DNA of 64,000 nucleotides from Clostridiaceae bacterium. Lineage in GTDB: Bacteria > Bacillota > Clostridia > Acetivibrionales > DUMC01. The stretch lies in the NCBI GenBank assembly GCA_012840075.1, contig DUMC01000178.1:9645-73644 (forward strand), given 5' to 3'. Each line of letters opens with the position of its first letter. Positions within the stretch are counted from its first letter, which is position 1. A program made the position numbers and the translations under genes. Positions 30,242 through 40,029 of the stretch are shown one piece after another. Below the pieces are notes generated by a model. That model was not told where the DNA came from, did no database searches, and worked only from the letters and a program-made list of their open reading frames with translations.

Positions 30242-30625
30242 ATGATTATAAAAGATGATTTAAAATATTCGAATGAACATGAATGGGTTAAAGTCACAGG
30301 TAATAAAGCTTATATAGGAATTACCGATTATGCGCAAAATGCTCTTGGTGATATTGTTTTTGTAGAATTACCCGAAGTAGGAACGGAAATTTCAGCAGGA
30401 GATGCATTCGGTGTAGTAGAATCTGTAAAAGCTGCTTCCGACATATATTCTCCTGTTTCAGGAACGATAACAAAAGTAAATGAAGAACTAATTGACAGCC
30501 CTGAAATTATAAACGAGGATCCTTATGGTGCTTGGATTATTGAAATTGAACTAACTGATCCTTCAGAACTTGATGAACTTATGGATGACAAAGAATATGA
30601 AGATTTTTGCCTTAAGGAGGGTTAA
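30242..30625 (+). CDS. gcvH: Glycine cleavage system protein H
   Basis: 127 aa. Lipoyl-lysine motif VESVKAASD. Confidence 0.95.
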   Translation: MIIKDDLKYSNEHEWVKVTGNKAYIGITDYAQNALGDIVFVELPEVGTEISAGDAFGVVESVKAASDIYSPVSGTITKVNEELIDSPEIINEDPYGAWIIEIELTDPSELDELMDDKEYEDFCLKEG

Positions 30626-30627
30626 TA

Positions 30628-32103
30628 TTGGATGATATAAAACATAAGGGTGACGGTTTTAAGTCCAGATATATACCCAACACGGAAGAGCAACGGGAAA
30701 AGATGCTCAAGTCCCTCGGGTTAGATTCAATAGATCAGCTTTTTGACTATATCCCGGAAAGGGTCAAGTTGGGTAGAAGGCTTAATCTACCTGAGCCCAT
30801 GTCTGAATATGAATTGCTTAAACATATGCGGGAACTAAGTTCTAAAAATATCAGTACCGCAGATTATTGTTGTTTTTTAGGTGCAGGAGCATACGACCAT
30901 TACATACCGGCCGTTATTAAACATATGTTATTAAGAGGTGAATTTTACACCGCTTATACACCATATCAACCTGAAATAAGTCAGGGAACTTTACAGGCGA
31001 TATTTGAATACCAGACAATGATATGTGAATTAACCGGTATGGATGTATCAAATGCTTCCATGTATGACGGTGCATCTGCATCTGCAGAAGCAATGCTTTT
31101 AGCATGCAGCTCAAAACATAAAAGAAAAGTTGTAATTTCTCAGACTCTTAACCCGGAATATAGGAATGTGATAAAAACTTACGCTAAATTTAACAACATA
31201 GACGTCGTGGAAGTAGGATATAAAGACGGCATCACAGAATTATCCAATTTGGAAAGCGTTACAAACAAAGAAGTTGCTGCAGTTATAGTACAGTATCCGA
31301 ACTTTTTCGGAATAATTGAAAATTTAGCTGACATAAGCAATATTACCCATAAGAGCGGATGCTATTTTATTGTTGTTGCTGACCCTATTTCTCTTGGGAT
31401 CCTAAAATCACCGGGAGAATATGGTGCGGATATAGTAGTCGGTGAAGGACAACCCTTGGGAAATCCTCTTAGTTTTGGAGGGCCGTATCTTGGATTCTTT
31501 GCTACTACTAAAGAATTGATGAGAAGAATACCGGGAAGGATTGTAGGACAAACTACCGATAAACTTGGAAGAAGAGGTTTTGTTCTTACCCTGCAGGCAA
31601 GGGAACAGCACATAAGAAGAGAAAAAGCAACTTCCAATATATGTTCAAATCAAGCACTGAATGCACTTGCTGCTACTATATATTTAACATTATTAGGAAA
31701 GAACGGATTAAGAAAAGTAGCAGAACTTTGTGTAAAGAAATCACATTATGCTTATGAAAAACTTATAGAGACGGGAAGATTTGAGCCTGTATTCAAAGCT
31801 CCGTTTGTAAAAGAATTTGTATTAAGAATAAATGAAAAAAATATCATGAATGATTTGACTAACTTCACTGAATGTACGGAAAGGTTAGGAAATAAAGAAT
31901 CTTCGGAAAATGTAGAAAATTATAGTTTAGTCCAAAAACTGAATAAAAAATTATTAAAGAATAAAATAATCGGCGGATACGATTTAGGAAGGAACTTTCC
32001 GGAATTATCCAATTGCTGGTTGCTTGCAGTCACGGAAAAAAGAACGAAGGAAGAAATTGACAGTCTCGTGAATAATGCCTATTTAGGAGGTGCGGAAGAA
32101 TGA
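30628..32103 (+). CDS. gcvPA: Glycine dehydrogenase (aminomethyl-transferring) subunit 1, GcvPA, carrying an extra insertion near the C-terminus
   Basis: [40 protein letters not shown]. The ORF is longer than the 440-450 aa I recall for this family, with a low-complexity insert at about aa 405-435. Confidence 0.93.
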   Translation: MDDIKHKGDGFKSRYIPNTEEQREKMLKSLGLDSIDQLFDYIPERVKLGRRLNLPEPMSEYELLKHMRELSSKNISTADYCCFLGAGAYDHYIPAVIKHMLLRGEFYTAYTPYQPEISQGTLQAIFEYQTMICELTGMDVSNASMYDGASASAEAMLLACSSKHKRKVVISQTLNPEYRNVIKTYAKFNNIDVVEVGYKDGITELSNLESVTNKEVAAVIVQYPNFFGIIENLADISNITHKSGCYFIVVADPISLGILKSPGEYGADIVVGEGQPLGNPLSFGGPYLGFFATTKELMRRIPGRIVGQTTDKLGRRGFVLTLQAREQHIRREKATSNICSNQALNALAATIYLTLLGKNGLRKVAELCVKKSHYAYEKLIETGRFEPVFKAPFVKEFVLRINEKNIMNDLTNFTECTERLGNKESSENVENYSLVQKLNKKLLKNKIIGGYDLGRNFPELSNCWLLAVTEKRTKEEIDSLVNNAYLGGAEE

Positions 32104-33557
32104 GAGATAATCCTTTGATTTTTGAATTAAGCGTACCGGGCAGAGTAGGACACTCACTTTCTGAATGCGATGTACCTTCGAAGTGCATTGAAGACTTAAT
32201 TCCGGATGAGTATCTCAGAAAAGATCTTCCCAAGCTACCTGAAGTTAGTGAAGTGGATGCTGTTAGACATTTCATAGGCTTATCTAGGTTGAATCACGGT
32301 GTTGATAACGGGTTTTACCCATTAGGTTCATGTACGATGAAATATAATCCCAAAATCAACGAAGACGTAGCTGCACTAGAGGGCTTTTCTTCCGTACATC
32401 CTTATCAACCGGAAGAAACTGTGCAGGGATGCCTTGAATTGTTATATAAGACAGGAGAATTTCTCTCCGAAATAACAGGCATGGCTAAAATGTCCCTGCA
32501 ACCGGCTGCAGGTGCCCACGGAGAACTAACAGGTTTGATGATTATAAAAGCTTACCATGCTTATAAAGGAGAAACCGGTAGAAAAAAGATAATAGTTCCG
32601 GACTCAGCTCACGGTACAAATCCTGCATCAGCCGCCTTTGCAGGATTTGAAGTTATACAGATTAAATCAAATGAAAAAGGCGGGGTAGACCTTGAAGATT
32701 TGAAATCCGTCATGGGAAATGATGTTGCAGGACTTATGCTAACTAACCCCAACACTTTGGGGCTTTTTGACGAACACATTAAAGAAATAGCGGATATAGT
32801 TCACAATGCCGGTGGATTGCTGTATTACGACGGTGCAAACGCTAACGCAATTTTAGGCATAGCAAGACCCGGTGATATGGGCTTTGATATAGTGCATTTG
32901 AATTTGCATAAAACTTTCAGTACACCTCATGGGGGAGGAGGCCCTGGAGCAGGACCAATAGGAGTAGTAGAAAAATTGGTTCCTTTCCTACCTTATCCTA
33001 TTGTTGAACTGAAGGACGGTAAATATTACTTGAATTACGATCTACCTTTGTCCATAGGCAGAGTCAAATCCTTTTACGGCAATTTCTCCGTCATAGTGAA
33101 AACTTATGCTTATATATTATCAATGGGTTCTGAGGGATTAAGGAAAGTTTCTGAAAATGCAGTATTAAATGCAAATTATGTTATGAATAAACTAAAAGAA
33201 TACTATGAACTACCATTTGATCAAAAATGCATGCATGAATTTGTTTTATCAGCGCAAAAGCAGAAAGAAGCCGGAGTCTCAGCAATTGACATAGCAAAGC
33301 GTTTGCTCGATTATGGTATACATCCTCCGACTGTATATTTCCCGTTAATAGTAAAAGAAGCATTGATGATTGAACCTACTGAAACGGAAAGCAAAGAAAC
33401 TCTTGATGAATTCATAGATATTATGATTAGCATTGCAAAAGAAGCGGAATCAAACCCGGATACAATAAAAAGCGCTCCGCACAATACACCCGTAACACGG
33501 TTGGATGAGGTAAAAGCAGCAAGAAACTTAATTTTACGCTACGACTTTAGACTTTAA
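32100..33557 (+). CDS. gcvPB: Glycine dehydrogenase subunit 2, GcvPB
   Basis: [24 protein letters not shown]-Lys motif. The start overlaps the gcvPA stop (ATGA). Confidence 0.95.
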   Translation: MRDNPLIFELSVPGRVGHSLSECDVPSKCIEDLIPDEYLRKDLPKLPEVSEVDAVRHFIGLSRLNHGVDNGFYPLGSCTMKYNPKINEDVAALEGFSSVHPYQPEETVQGCLELLYKTGEFLSEITGMAKMSLQPAAGAHGELTGLMIIKAYHAYKGETGRKKIIVPDSAHGTNPASAAFAGFEVIQIKSNEKGGVDLEDLKSVMGNDVAGLMLTNPNTLGLFDEHIKEIADIVHNAGGLLYYDGANANAILGIARPGDMGFDIVHLNLHKTFSTPHGGGGPGAGPIGVVEKLVPFLPYPIVELKDGKYYLNYDLPLSIGRVKSFYGNFSVIVKTYAYILSMGSEGLRKVSENAVLNANYVMNKLKEYYELPFDQKCMHEFVLSAQKQKEAGVSAIDIAKRLLDYGIHPPTVYFPLIVKEALMIEPTETESKETLDEFIDIMISIAKEAESNPDTIKSAPHNTPVTRLDEVKAARNLILRYDFRL

Positions 33558-33606
33558 TAGAAAAGTTTAGTTTTAAGCTAAAGCAAGAATAGTTTTCCCA
33601 TATATT

Positions 33607-33649
33607 AAAAACACCCTCTCTTATATCAGTTCAGAGGGTGTTTTTATTT
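33607..33649 (+). terminator. Rho-independent terminator after the gcv operon
   Basis: aaaaacaccctct (33607-33619) pairs with agagggtgttttt (33633-33645). T-tract. Confidence 0.8.
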
Positions 33650-33895
33650 ACATCCAAAATTTAAGATAAGCTATAAATCTGTTAAACCAATCAAAAAATC
33701 TTAAAAATCTTGTGTGATATATTAATACCGTTACTTCTTTTGTTTTAGAATTGTTCAAAAATAGATTATTTCATTAAGTACTACATTACTTCAGGTATTA
33801 TTACTTTGTAAACAATTTAAAATACAAGTACTATTTTAAGTATTTAAAACTTTAAAGTACTGCACAATTACAAAATATTAAAGTAATATTAATTA

Positions 33896-34123
33896 TTAAA
33901 CTATAAATCTTTCAATTTCTTTAATGAAATCATCACACTCATCTGTGTGTGCTTCAAGTTTTATTGGTTTGCTAAGGTCAAGGCTGAAGATACCCATTAT
34001 GGATTTTGCATCCACAACATACCTGCCGGATGAAAGATCCACATCAAATTCATACTTGTTTACAATATTTACAAAATCTTTAACATCGTTAATTGATCTG
34101 AGCATGATATTAAATGACTTCAT
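33896..34123 (-). CDS. HPr-family phosphocarrier-like protein lacking the His15 phosphorylation motif
   Basis: 75 aa. The HPr-like central motif VDAKSIMGIFSL is present. The canonical GLHARPA region is replaced by SINDVKDF. An AAGGGGGA SD precedes the ATG at 34123. Confidence 0.6.
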   Translation of the reverse strand: MKSFNIMLRSINDVKDFVNIVNKYEFDVDLSSGRYVVDAKSIMGIFSLDLSKPIKLEAHTDECDDFIKEIERFIV

Positions 34124-34486
34124 ATTAAGCATCCCCCTTTTTATAAACTTAGATTATAAGGAATATCTTACAAAAAGATTATTTCTTGTTTATATATTAT
34201 CCTTTTTACCGGTTTTAGTCAATTAAAATTTAACGTGTACACTTAATAATGTAAAGAAATATTGAAGGACCTAAATTTGTTAAATTTATATTTGGAATTG
34301 GTTAAAATGTGATAAAAGGTGGTATTAAACACTCATATTTATTATTTTTATTATTGAAGGCTTTATGTTTTGTTTGTTAACATGTTTACGAACTTGAAAA
34401 TATTTTGTAGTATATGAGTATACTAAATATTAATGACAGGTTATTATTAAAGATGTGTACTGTTGAAAGGAGAAAAATTTGCCGAA

Positions 34487-36025
34487 ATGGGTATAAATAC
34501 TACTGAAAAGATTGATTTAGCCCTTACAAATGAAGAATTTTACAGTAAATACGGAAGGAAAAAGAAAGCTGCTGTTTATACATTGGGATGCAAGGTGAAC
34601 CAATATGAGTCAGAAGCTGTTTCTGGCTTATTGGAAGAAGCCGGGTATGAAATTGTAGGAACCGATATGAAAGCGGATATATATATTATAAATACTTGCA
34701 CAGTAACGGGTATAAGCGCAAGAAAATCAAGGCAAATGATAAGAAAGGCTAAAAGTTTGAATGAAGATGCCGTTATAGTTGTTATGGGGTGCTATTCACA
34801 AACTTCCCCCGAAGAAGTATCAAGTATACCCGGAGTAAACCTTATAATTGGCACAAGCAACAGAAGTAGAATAGTTGAGTATTTGGATAAATTTTTTAGT
34901 TCACATAGAACAAATAAAACCGTAAAATCCGAAAAAGCGGATATAATTCTTGATGATGAGTGTTACAAAAGTGATACACCGAATGAGAATAAGAAAACCG
35001 AAGAAGCAAATGTTTTAGAAAATCCTGACAATCAGATAAACACAGTTTCAAATATTATGAAAGTCAGGGAGTTTGAAAAATTACATGTTAAAAATTACAA
35101 AGAAAGGACAAGGGCTTACATCAAAGTACAAGACGGATGTGCGCAATTTTGCTCATATTGTATAATTCCTTACGCAAGAGGTCCTGTAAGGAGCCGCAAT
35201 CTCCAGGATATAATTGAAGAAGTAACCGAGTTTGCAAAAAATGGTTTCAAAGAGGTCGTTATTACAGGAATACATGTTGCATCTTACGGCAAGGATCTGA
35301 AAAATACTTCGCTGTTAGACTTGATTTATAAGATACATGAAATACCTGGAATTGAAAGAATTAGGTTAAGTTCCATAGAACCTACAATATTTAATGATAA
35401 TTTTATACAAGCCATAAAAGGTTTGGAAAAAGTATGCCCGCATTTCCATATTTCACTTCAGAGCGGGTGTGATGAAACTTTAAAAAGAATGAACAGAAAA
35501 TATACAACCGGTCAATATGAGGAAGTAGTTAATAAACTGAGAGATAATATAAAAGATATTGCAATCACTACGGATGTAATGGTCGGTTTTCCCGGAGAAA
35601 CCGATGAAGAATTTGAAACAACATATGCATTTTTGAAAAAAATAAACTTTGCAAGAATGCATGTTTTCAAATATTCACCAAGGAAAGGAACCCCTGCGGC
35701 ATCTTATCCAAACCAGGTACCTGGCCCTGTTAAGGAAGAAAGAAGCAAAAAGCTTATTGAATTGTCAAAAGAATGTAGCCTGGCCTTTCACAAGAAATTT
35801 ATAGGCAGGCAAATGTCCGTGCTGTTTGAAAAGGAAGTTCATAAAAGTGCCTGCAAACAGTTGGTAACTAAAGAGCTGAATTTTTCAGATGAAATTATTG
35901 AGGGGTTAACCCCAAATTATATAAGAGTGTTTTGCAACGGAAATGACTATAATAAAGGAGAAATAAGAAATGTTTATTTAAAAGAAGCTTTTGATGAAAT
36001 AATGATAGGCAAAATTGTAAATTAA
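34487..36025 (+). CDS. mtaB: tRNA methylthiotransferase of the MiaB/MtaB family (MtaB-like)
   Basis: N-terminal UPF0004 domain (YTLGCKVNQYESE, NTCTVT, GCY), radical SAM CAQFCSYCIIPYARG, TRAM-like C-terminus. The start at ATG 34487 is uncertain. The ORF opens at the TTG at 34463. Confidence 0.85.
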   Translation: MGINTTEKIDLALTNEEFYSKYGRKKKAAVYTLGCKVNQYESEAVSGLLEEAGYEIVGTDMKADIYIINTCTVTGISARKSRQMIRKAKSLNEDAVIVVMGCYSQTSPEEVSSIPGVNLIIGTSNRSRIVEYLDKFFSSHRTNKTVKSEKADIILDDECYKSDTPNENKKTEEANVLENPDNQINTVSNIMKVREFEKLHVKNYKERTRAYIKVQDGCAQFCSYCIIPYARGPVRSRNLQDIIEEVTEFAKNGFKEVVITGIHVASYGKDLKNTSLLDLIYKIHEIPGIERIRLSSIEPTIFNDNFIQAIKGLEKVCPHFHISLQSGCDETLKRMNRKYTTGQYEEVVNKLRDNIKDIAITTDVMVGFPGETDEEFETTYAFLKKINFARMHVFKYSPRKGTPAASYPNQVPGPVKEERSKKLIELSKECSLAFHKKFIGRQMSVLFEKEVHKSACKQLVTKELNFSDEIIEGLTPNYIRVFCNGNDYNKGEIRNVYLKEAFDEIMIGKIVN

Positions 36026-36190
36026 ATACACCGGAAATCAATCTTTGTCCTTGCATAAACGGATTTATTATATTAATATTATATTAACAATTAATAGCAA
36101 TACTGAGATGATTTAACCAAAGGAACAGATGAAGATATAAAGAAAACTCTTGATATAGCTTTATGCCTTGAGGGAAAGGAATGAGTAATT

Positions 36191-36505
36191 ATGGTAAATG
36201 ATATCAATAACAAAAATATTAATAACAAAAATTATAACAGTAATCATACAAATAATAATGAAACAATGATGTTTAGTATGGAAAAGGATAATGCAACAGA
36301 AGCCCGGGAAATATTAACTGCCATATATCAAGCATTAAAAGAGAGAGGGTATAATCCCATTAACCAAATTGTTGGTTATATTCTTTCAGGTGATCCTACT
36401 TATATCACAAATCATAAGAACGCCAGAAGTCTTGTAAGGAAACTTGAAAGGGACGAGTTATTAGAAGAGGTTTTAAAATTTTATTTAAACAATATTGACA
36501 AATAG
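36191..36505 (+). CDS. IreB/UPF0297 family regulatory protein with an Asn-rich N-terminal extension
   Basis: Core [59 protein letters not shown] is typical of UPF0297 (YrzL/IreB). A shorter start at the internal MMFSM is possible. Confidence 0.8.
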   Translation: MVNDINNKNINNKNYNSNHTNNNETMMFSMEKDNATEAREILTAIYQALKERGYNPINQIVGYILSGDPTYITNHKNARSLVRKLERDELLEEVLKFYLNNIDK

Positions 36506-36520
36506 AATAGATGGAGCATT

Positions 36521-37468
36521 ATGGAATACGTACAATTAGGTAAGACAGGTTTAAGGGTATCAAAACTATGCTTTGGAGGTCTTGTAATAGGCCCGTTGCA
36601 AGTCAATTTAACTATAGATGAAGGTGCAAATGTTATCGCAAGAGCTTTGGAACTCGGCGTTAATTTTATAGATACTGCTGAGCTATACGATACATATCCT
36701 CATATCAGGGAAGCTATAAGAAAAACTAATAAAAAACCCATTGTAGCATCCAGGTGTTATGCCTATACCCGCGAAGGTGCAGCACAAAGCCTTGAAAAAG
36801 CAAGAAAAGAGCTTGACATGGATGTAATAGATATATTCGGCTTACATGAACAAGAAAGCCGTTTAACTTTAAGAGGGCATAGAGAAGCCCTCGAATATTT
36901 TGTTAATGCCAAAGAGAAGGGAATAATAAAAGCAGTTAGTGTATCTACACATAACATTGAAGTTGTTGAGGCATGTGCGGAAATGCCGGAAGTTGATGTG
37001 ATTCATCCCCTCGTGAATGTAGCGGGTATAGGAATTGGTGACGGTACGATTGAGGAGATGTTAAACGCTGTTAAAAAAGCCTATGATGCCGGTAAGGGAA
37101 TATACAGCATGAAGCCTTTTGGTGGAGGGAATCTAATAAACCGCTTTGAAGAATGTGTAAATTTTCTTTTTAGCATTCCATATATCCATTCAATAGCTAT
37201 AGGAATGCAGTCAGTAGAAGAAGTGGAAATAAATGAAGAGATATTTGAAAAACGTTACGTACCGGAAGAATTGAAAACCAGGATAAAAAACATTAAAAAG
37301 AAATTGCATATCGATTACTGGTGTGAAGGATGCGAAAAATGTATAGAAAGGTGTAAACAAAAAGCATTGGAAATTGTTGACGGAAAAGCAAAAGTAAATT
37401 ATGATAAATGTATATTATGTGGTTATTGCGCAAGCGCATGCCCTCAGTTTGCAATTAAAATGCAATGA
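36521..37468 (+). CDS. Aldo/keto reductase fused to a C-terminal 2x[4Fe-4S] ferredoxin domain
   Basis: The N-terminal MEYVQLGKTGLRVSKLCFGG and NFIDTAELY are AKR-like. The C-terminus has CEGCEKCIERC and CILCGYCASACP. Confidence 0.8.
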   Translation: MEYVQLGKTGLRVSKLCFGGLVIGPLQVNLTIDEGANVIARALELGVNFIDTAELYDTYPHIREAIRKTNKKPIVASRCYAYTREGAAQSLEKARKELDMDVIDIFGLHEQESRLTLRGHREALEYFVNAKEKGIIKAVSVSTHNIEVVEACAEMPEVDVIHPLVNVAGIGIGDGTIEEMLNAVKKAYDAGKGIYSMKPFGGGNLINRFEECVNFLFSIPYIHSIAIGMQSVEEVEINEEIFEKRYVPEELKTRIKNIKKKLHIDYWCEGCEKCIERCKQKALEIVDGKAKVNYDKCILCGYCASACPQFAIKMQ

Positions 37469-37552
37469 ATGAGCATATAAAAGGTTGCTATACCAAAACA
37501 AAAGATTTATATAGATGTGTAAAAAAATGATGAAAAATGCCGGAGGATGAAT

Positions 37553-37999
37553 GTGAGAATAATGGGAATAGATTACGGCGATGCACGAATCGGTATTGCA
37601 GTAAGCGACCCTTTCGGTTGGACAGCTCAAGGTTTGGATACAATATATTGGAAGGACGATCCAAACATCCCGATAGATAAGATATGTAAACTGGTAAAAG
37701 AATATGGTATAAAAAAAATTATTGTAGGATATCCTGTTAATATGGACGGCTCTGTAGGAGAGCGCGCATTAAAAACGGAAGAATTTATAAACCGCTTGTC
37801 AGAAAGGGTCGGTGATGTGCGCATTATAAAATGGGATGAAAGATTAACAACTGTTGCTGCCCATAGAATACTTAGTGAGGCAGGAGTGAAAGCTTCAAAA
37901 CGTAAAAAAAGCATAGATAGGATAGCAGCCGTTTATATTCTCCAAGGTTATCTCGATAGCTTAAGAAATGAAACAATTGATACTGATACTGATGGCTAA
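37553..37999 (+). CDS. ruvX: Holliday junction resolvase-like nuclease RuvX (YqgF)
   Basis: RIMGIDYGDARIGIAVSD ... GYPVNMDGS ... DERLTT. GGAGG SD 6 nt before the GTG at 37553. Confidence 0.9.
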   Translation: MRIMGIDYGDARIGIAVSDPFGWTAQGLDTIYWKDDPNIPIDKICKLVKEYGIKKIIVGYPVNMDGSVGERALKTEEFINRLSERVGDVRIIKWDERLTTVAAHRILSEAGVKASKRKKSIDRIAAVYILQGYLDSLRNETIDTDTDG

Positions 38000-38204
38000 A
38001 CGCAAAAGAATAATTATTCTAAGTCTTATTATATTTTTTGTTATTAACTTTCCAAAAAAGTTTGAGGAAAGTCGGTTATGCGCTTTGGGTAACCGGAAGT
38101 TTAGTAACTACAAAGCGAAGATGACTTTTCCAAAACAGAAGGAAAGAATAAATAAAAGAATGGATATGTTAAAGCTACAAATGCTTAAGGAGGAAGTAAT
38201 ATGA
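37992..38204 (+). CDS. Candidate small membrane-anchored protein (about 70 aa) filling the ruvX / DUF1292 gap
   Basis: The open frame runs 37968..38204. The ATG at 37992 overlaps the ruvX stop (ATGGCTAA). The TGA stop overlaps the next gene's ATG (ATGA at 38201-38204). N-terminal hydrophobic IIILSLIIFFVI. No SD seen. Confidence 0.35.
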   Translation: MAKRKRIIILSLIIFFVINFPKKFEESRLCALGNRKFSNYKAKMTFPKQKERINKRMDMLKLQMLKEEVI

Positions 38205-38584
38205 TGGAAGAAAGAGATGATATTCTCGTATTAATTGATGAAAACGGAGAAGAAGAAAAGTTTGAATATCTTGATTCTATCCACTTGGATGGTAATGAAT
38301 ATATAGTTCTTTCTCCACTTAATCAAAATGAACAGGAATATGACGAAGATGATGAATTCGTAGAGGAAGTAGTAATATTAAAAGTCGATACAAAGGAAAA
38401 CGGGGAAGAATCTTTTGTAACAGTTGATGATGAAGATGAACTTGATGCCGTTTTTGAAGAGTTCAAAAACAGGATGGAAGAAGACTACGGCTATGAATAC
38501 TATGATGATGAAGAAGAGTTTGATGAATTTGAAGACAATGAAGATTTCAACGAATATGAAGATGTTGAAAATGAAGAACAATAA
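38201..38584 (+). CDS. DUF1292 family acidic protein (YrzB-like)
   Basis: ILVLIDENGEEEKFEYLDSIHLDGNEYIVLSP is the typical DUF1292 core. Very acidic C-terminus. AAGGAGG SD. Confidence 0.85.
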   Translation: MMEERDDILVLIDENGEEEKFEYLDSIHLDGNEYIVLSPLNQNEQEYDEDDEFVEEVVILKVDTKENGEESFVTVDDEDELDAVFEEFKNRMEEDYGYEYYDDEEEFDEFEDNEDFNEYEDVENEEQ

Positions 38585-38726
38585 ATTCGTTATATGAAGA
38601 AATTCCTGAATGTAAAGGAATCAATTGGCACGGGGGCTTTTCTTTTTTGTCCCCGTGCTATTACAAAAAGTTCATTTAGAATATTTAAAACTAATAATAG
38701 AATTTACGTCGGGGGAAAATACACAA

Positions 38727-39956
38727 ATGAAAAAGTATTTTGTGAGGGACAGCTTATTAAAATCTTTGACTCTAAAATTAAAGCATAACAGAATTTTATT
38801 AATTAGTATTTCTGTCTTTCTTGCAGTAATGATAATATTTTCTGTTGCAAAACTCATTCAGATACATAATAAATCTATAGAAGATGAAGTTGTTGCAAAC
38901 ATAAATCAGGATAAAAACAATAACAATGAAAATCAGGAAGTTATTGAGCTAAATGACAATCTGAATGAAGAAAATATGAATACCAAAAGGGATGATTATT
39001 TTGTTCTGCCTAAAGAAGGGATTAGACCCGTTGCAGTAATGATCGACAATGAAGGAACTATTTGTCTACCACAAGGAGGGCTGCATAAAGCACAGATTAT
39101 ATATGAAATAGTAGTTGAAGGCGGAGTAACGAGGTACATGCCCATATATTGGTTTGATTTAAATAACACAGAAATTGAAACAGGAACTGCAAATGAAGAA
39201 AACAACAAAGAGAGTGAAGATGACTTATTAATTGGACCTATAAGAAGCGCAAGACATTACTTTCTCGACTATGTTTTTGAACACGACGCAATATATGTTC
39301 ATTTTGGATGGAGTCCACAAGCCCAGAGGGATATTTCAAATTTTAAGGTTAATAATATTAACGGTGTTTCAAATGGATGGGAAATTTTTTGGGATATAAC
39401 AAACAACCCCAATAATTGGCAGGATTCATACACATTAATGAGCAAAATCACTGAATATGTGAAAAAAGTAAAATATAGAACCGAAACAGACAAAAAACTC
39501 GTATTCACCTATAATGAAGAAGATAAGGAGCCAGAGGGCGATAATGTTGCCTTAAATGTCTTGGTAGAGTATAATCAAGCATATAAAAGCCAGTACATAT
39601 ATGACCCTGAAACCAAAGAATATAATAGGTTAAGAAATAATGAGCCCCATATGGAAAGAGCCACGAACAAGCAGTTAAAGGTTAAAAATATTATTGTACA
39701 ATTCGCCCATAACTATACTATTAAAGGAGATCCTGAAGGAAGACAAGAGGTACAAACCACAGGAAGCGGGGAAGGTTGGTATATTACTTGCGGGAAAGCG
39801 ATAAAAATCAGGTGGAGCAAGAATTCAAGGACAGAGCCGACTATTTATACGGACGAAAACGGCAATCCAATTACTTTAAACCCCGGGCAGACATGGATAC
39901 AGATAATTTCACCCTATGCTAAGGTTGAAATTTCAAATCAAGAAATCTTAAATTGA
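38727..39956 (+). CDS. DUF3048 domain-containing (YerB-like) membrane-anchored protein
   Basis: TM anchor ILLISISVFLAVMIIF, then RPVAVMIDN ... GGVTRYMPIY ... GPIRSARHYF, typical of DUF3048. A GGGGGA SD precedes the ATG at 38727. Confidence 0.75.
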   Translation: MKKYFVRDSLLKSLTLKLKHNRILLISISVFLAVMIIFSVAKLIQIHNKSIEDEVVANINQDKNNNNENQEVIELNDNLNEENMNTKRDDYFVLPKEGIRPVAVMIDNEGTICLPQGGLHKAQIIYEIVVEGGVTRYMPIYWFDLNNTEIETGTANEENNKESEDDLLIGPIRSARHYFLDYVFEHDAIYVHFGWSPQAQRDISNFKVNNINGVSNGWEIFWDITNNPNNWQDSYTLMSKITEYVKKVKYRTETDKKLVFTYNEEDKEPEGDNVALNVLVEYNQAYKSQYIYDPETKEYNRLRNNEPHMERATNKQLKVKNIIVQFAHNYTIKGDPEGRQEVQTTGSGEGWYITCGKAIKIRWSKNSRTEPTIYTDENGNPITLNPGQTWIQIISPYAKVEISNQEILN

Positions 39957-40029
39957 TTTATTTGTTATTAAATTCTTTTTGATTATGTAATATAAAGTGT
40001 TTTACTATATCCATTGGAGGGTGATGTTT

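Noticed and set aside
33770-33865. Three AAGTACT palindrome-containing sites downstream of the HPr-like gene.
   Set aside because: These are short 6-bp palindromes in AT-rich DNA with irregular spacing, which is compatible with chance.
38628-38658. A GC-rich stem (gcacgggg / ccccgtgc) after the DUF1292 gene, considered as a terminator.
   Set aside because: The T-run lies inside the loop rather than after the stem, so it does not fit an intrinsic terminator on either strand. I note it only as a hairpin.
38594-38788. A 64-aa ORF, and the long 5-prime extension (38625-38726) of the DUF3048 ORF.
   Set aside because: Both run through the stem-loop at 38628-38658. The GGGGGA SD and the typical Lys-rich/TM N-terminus support the ATG at 38727.
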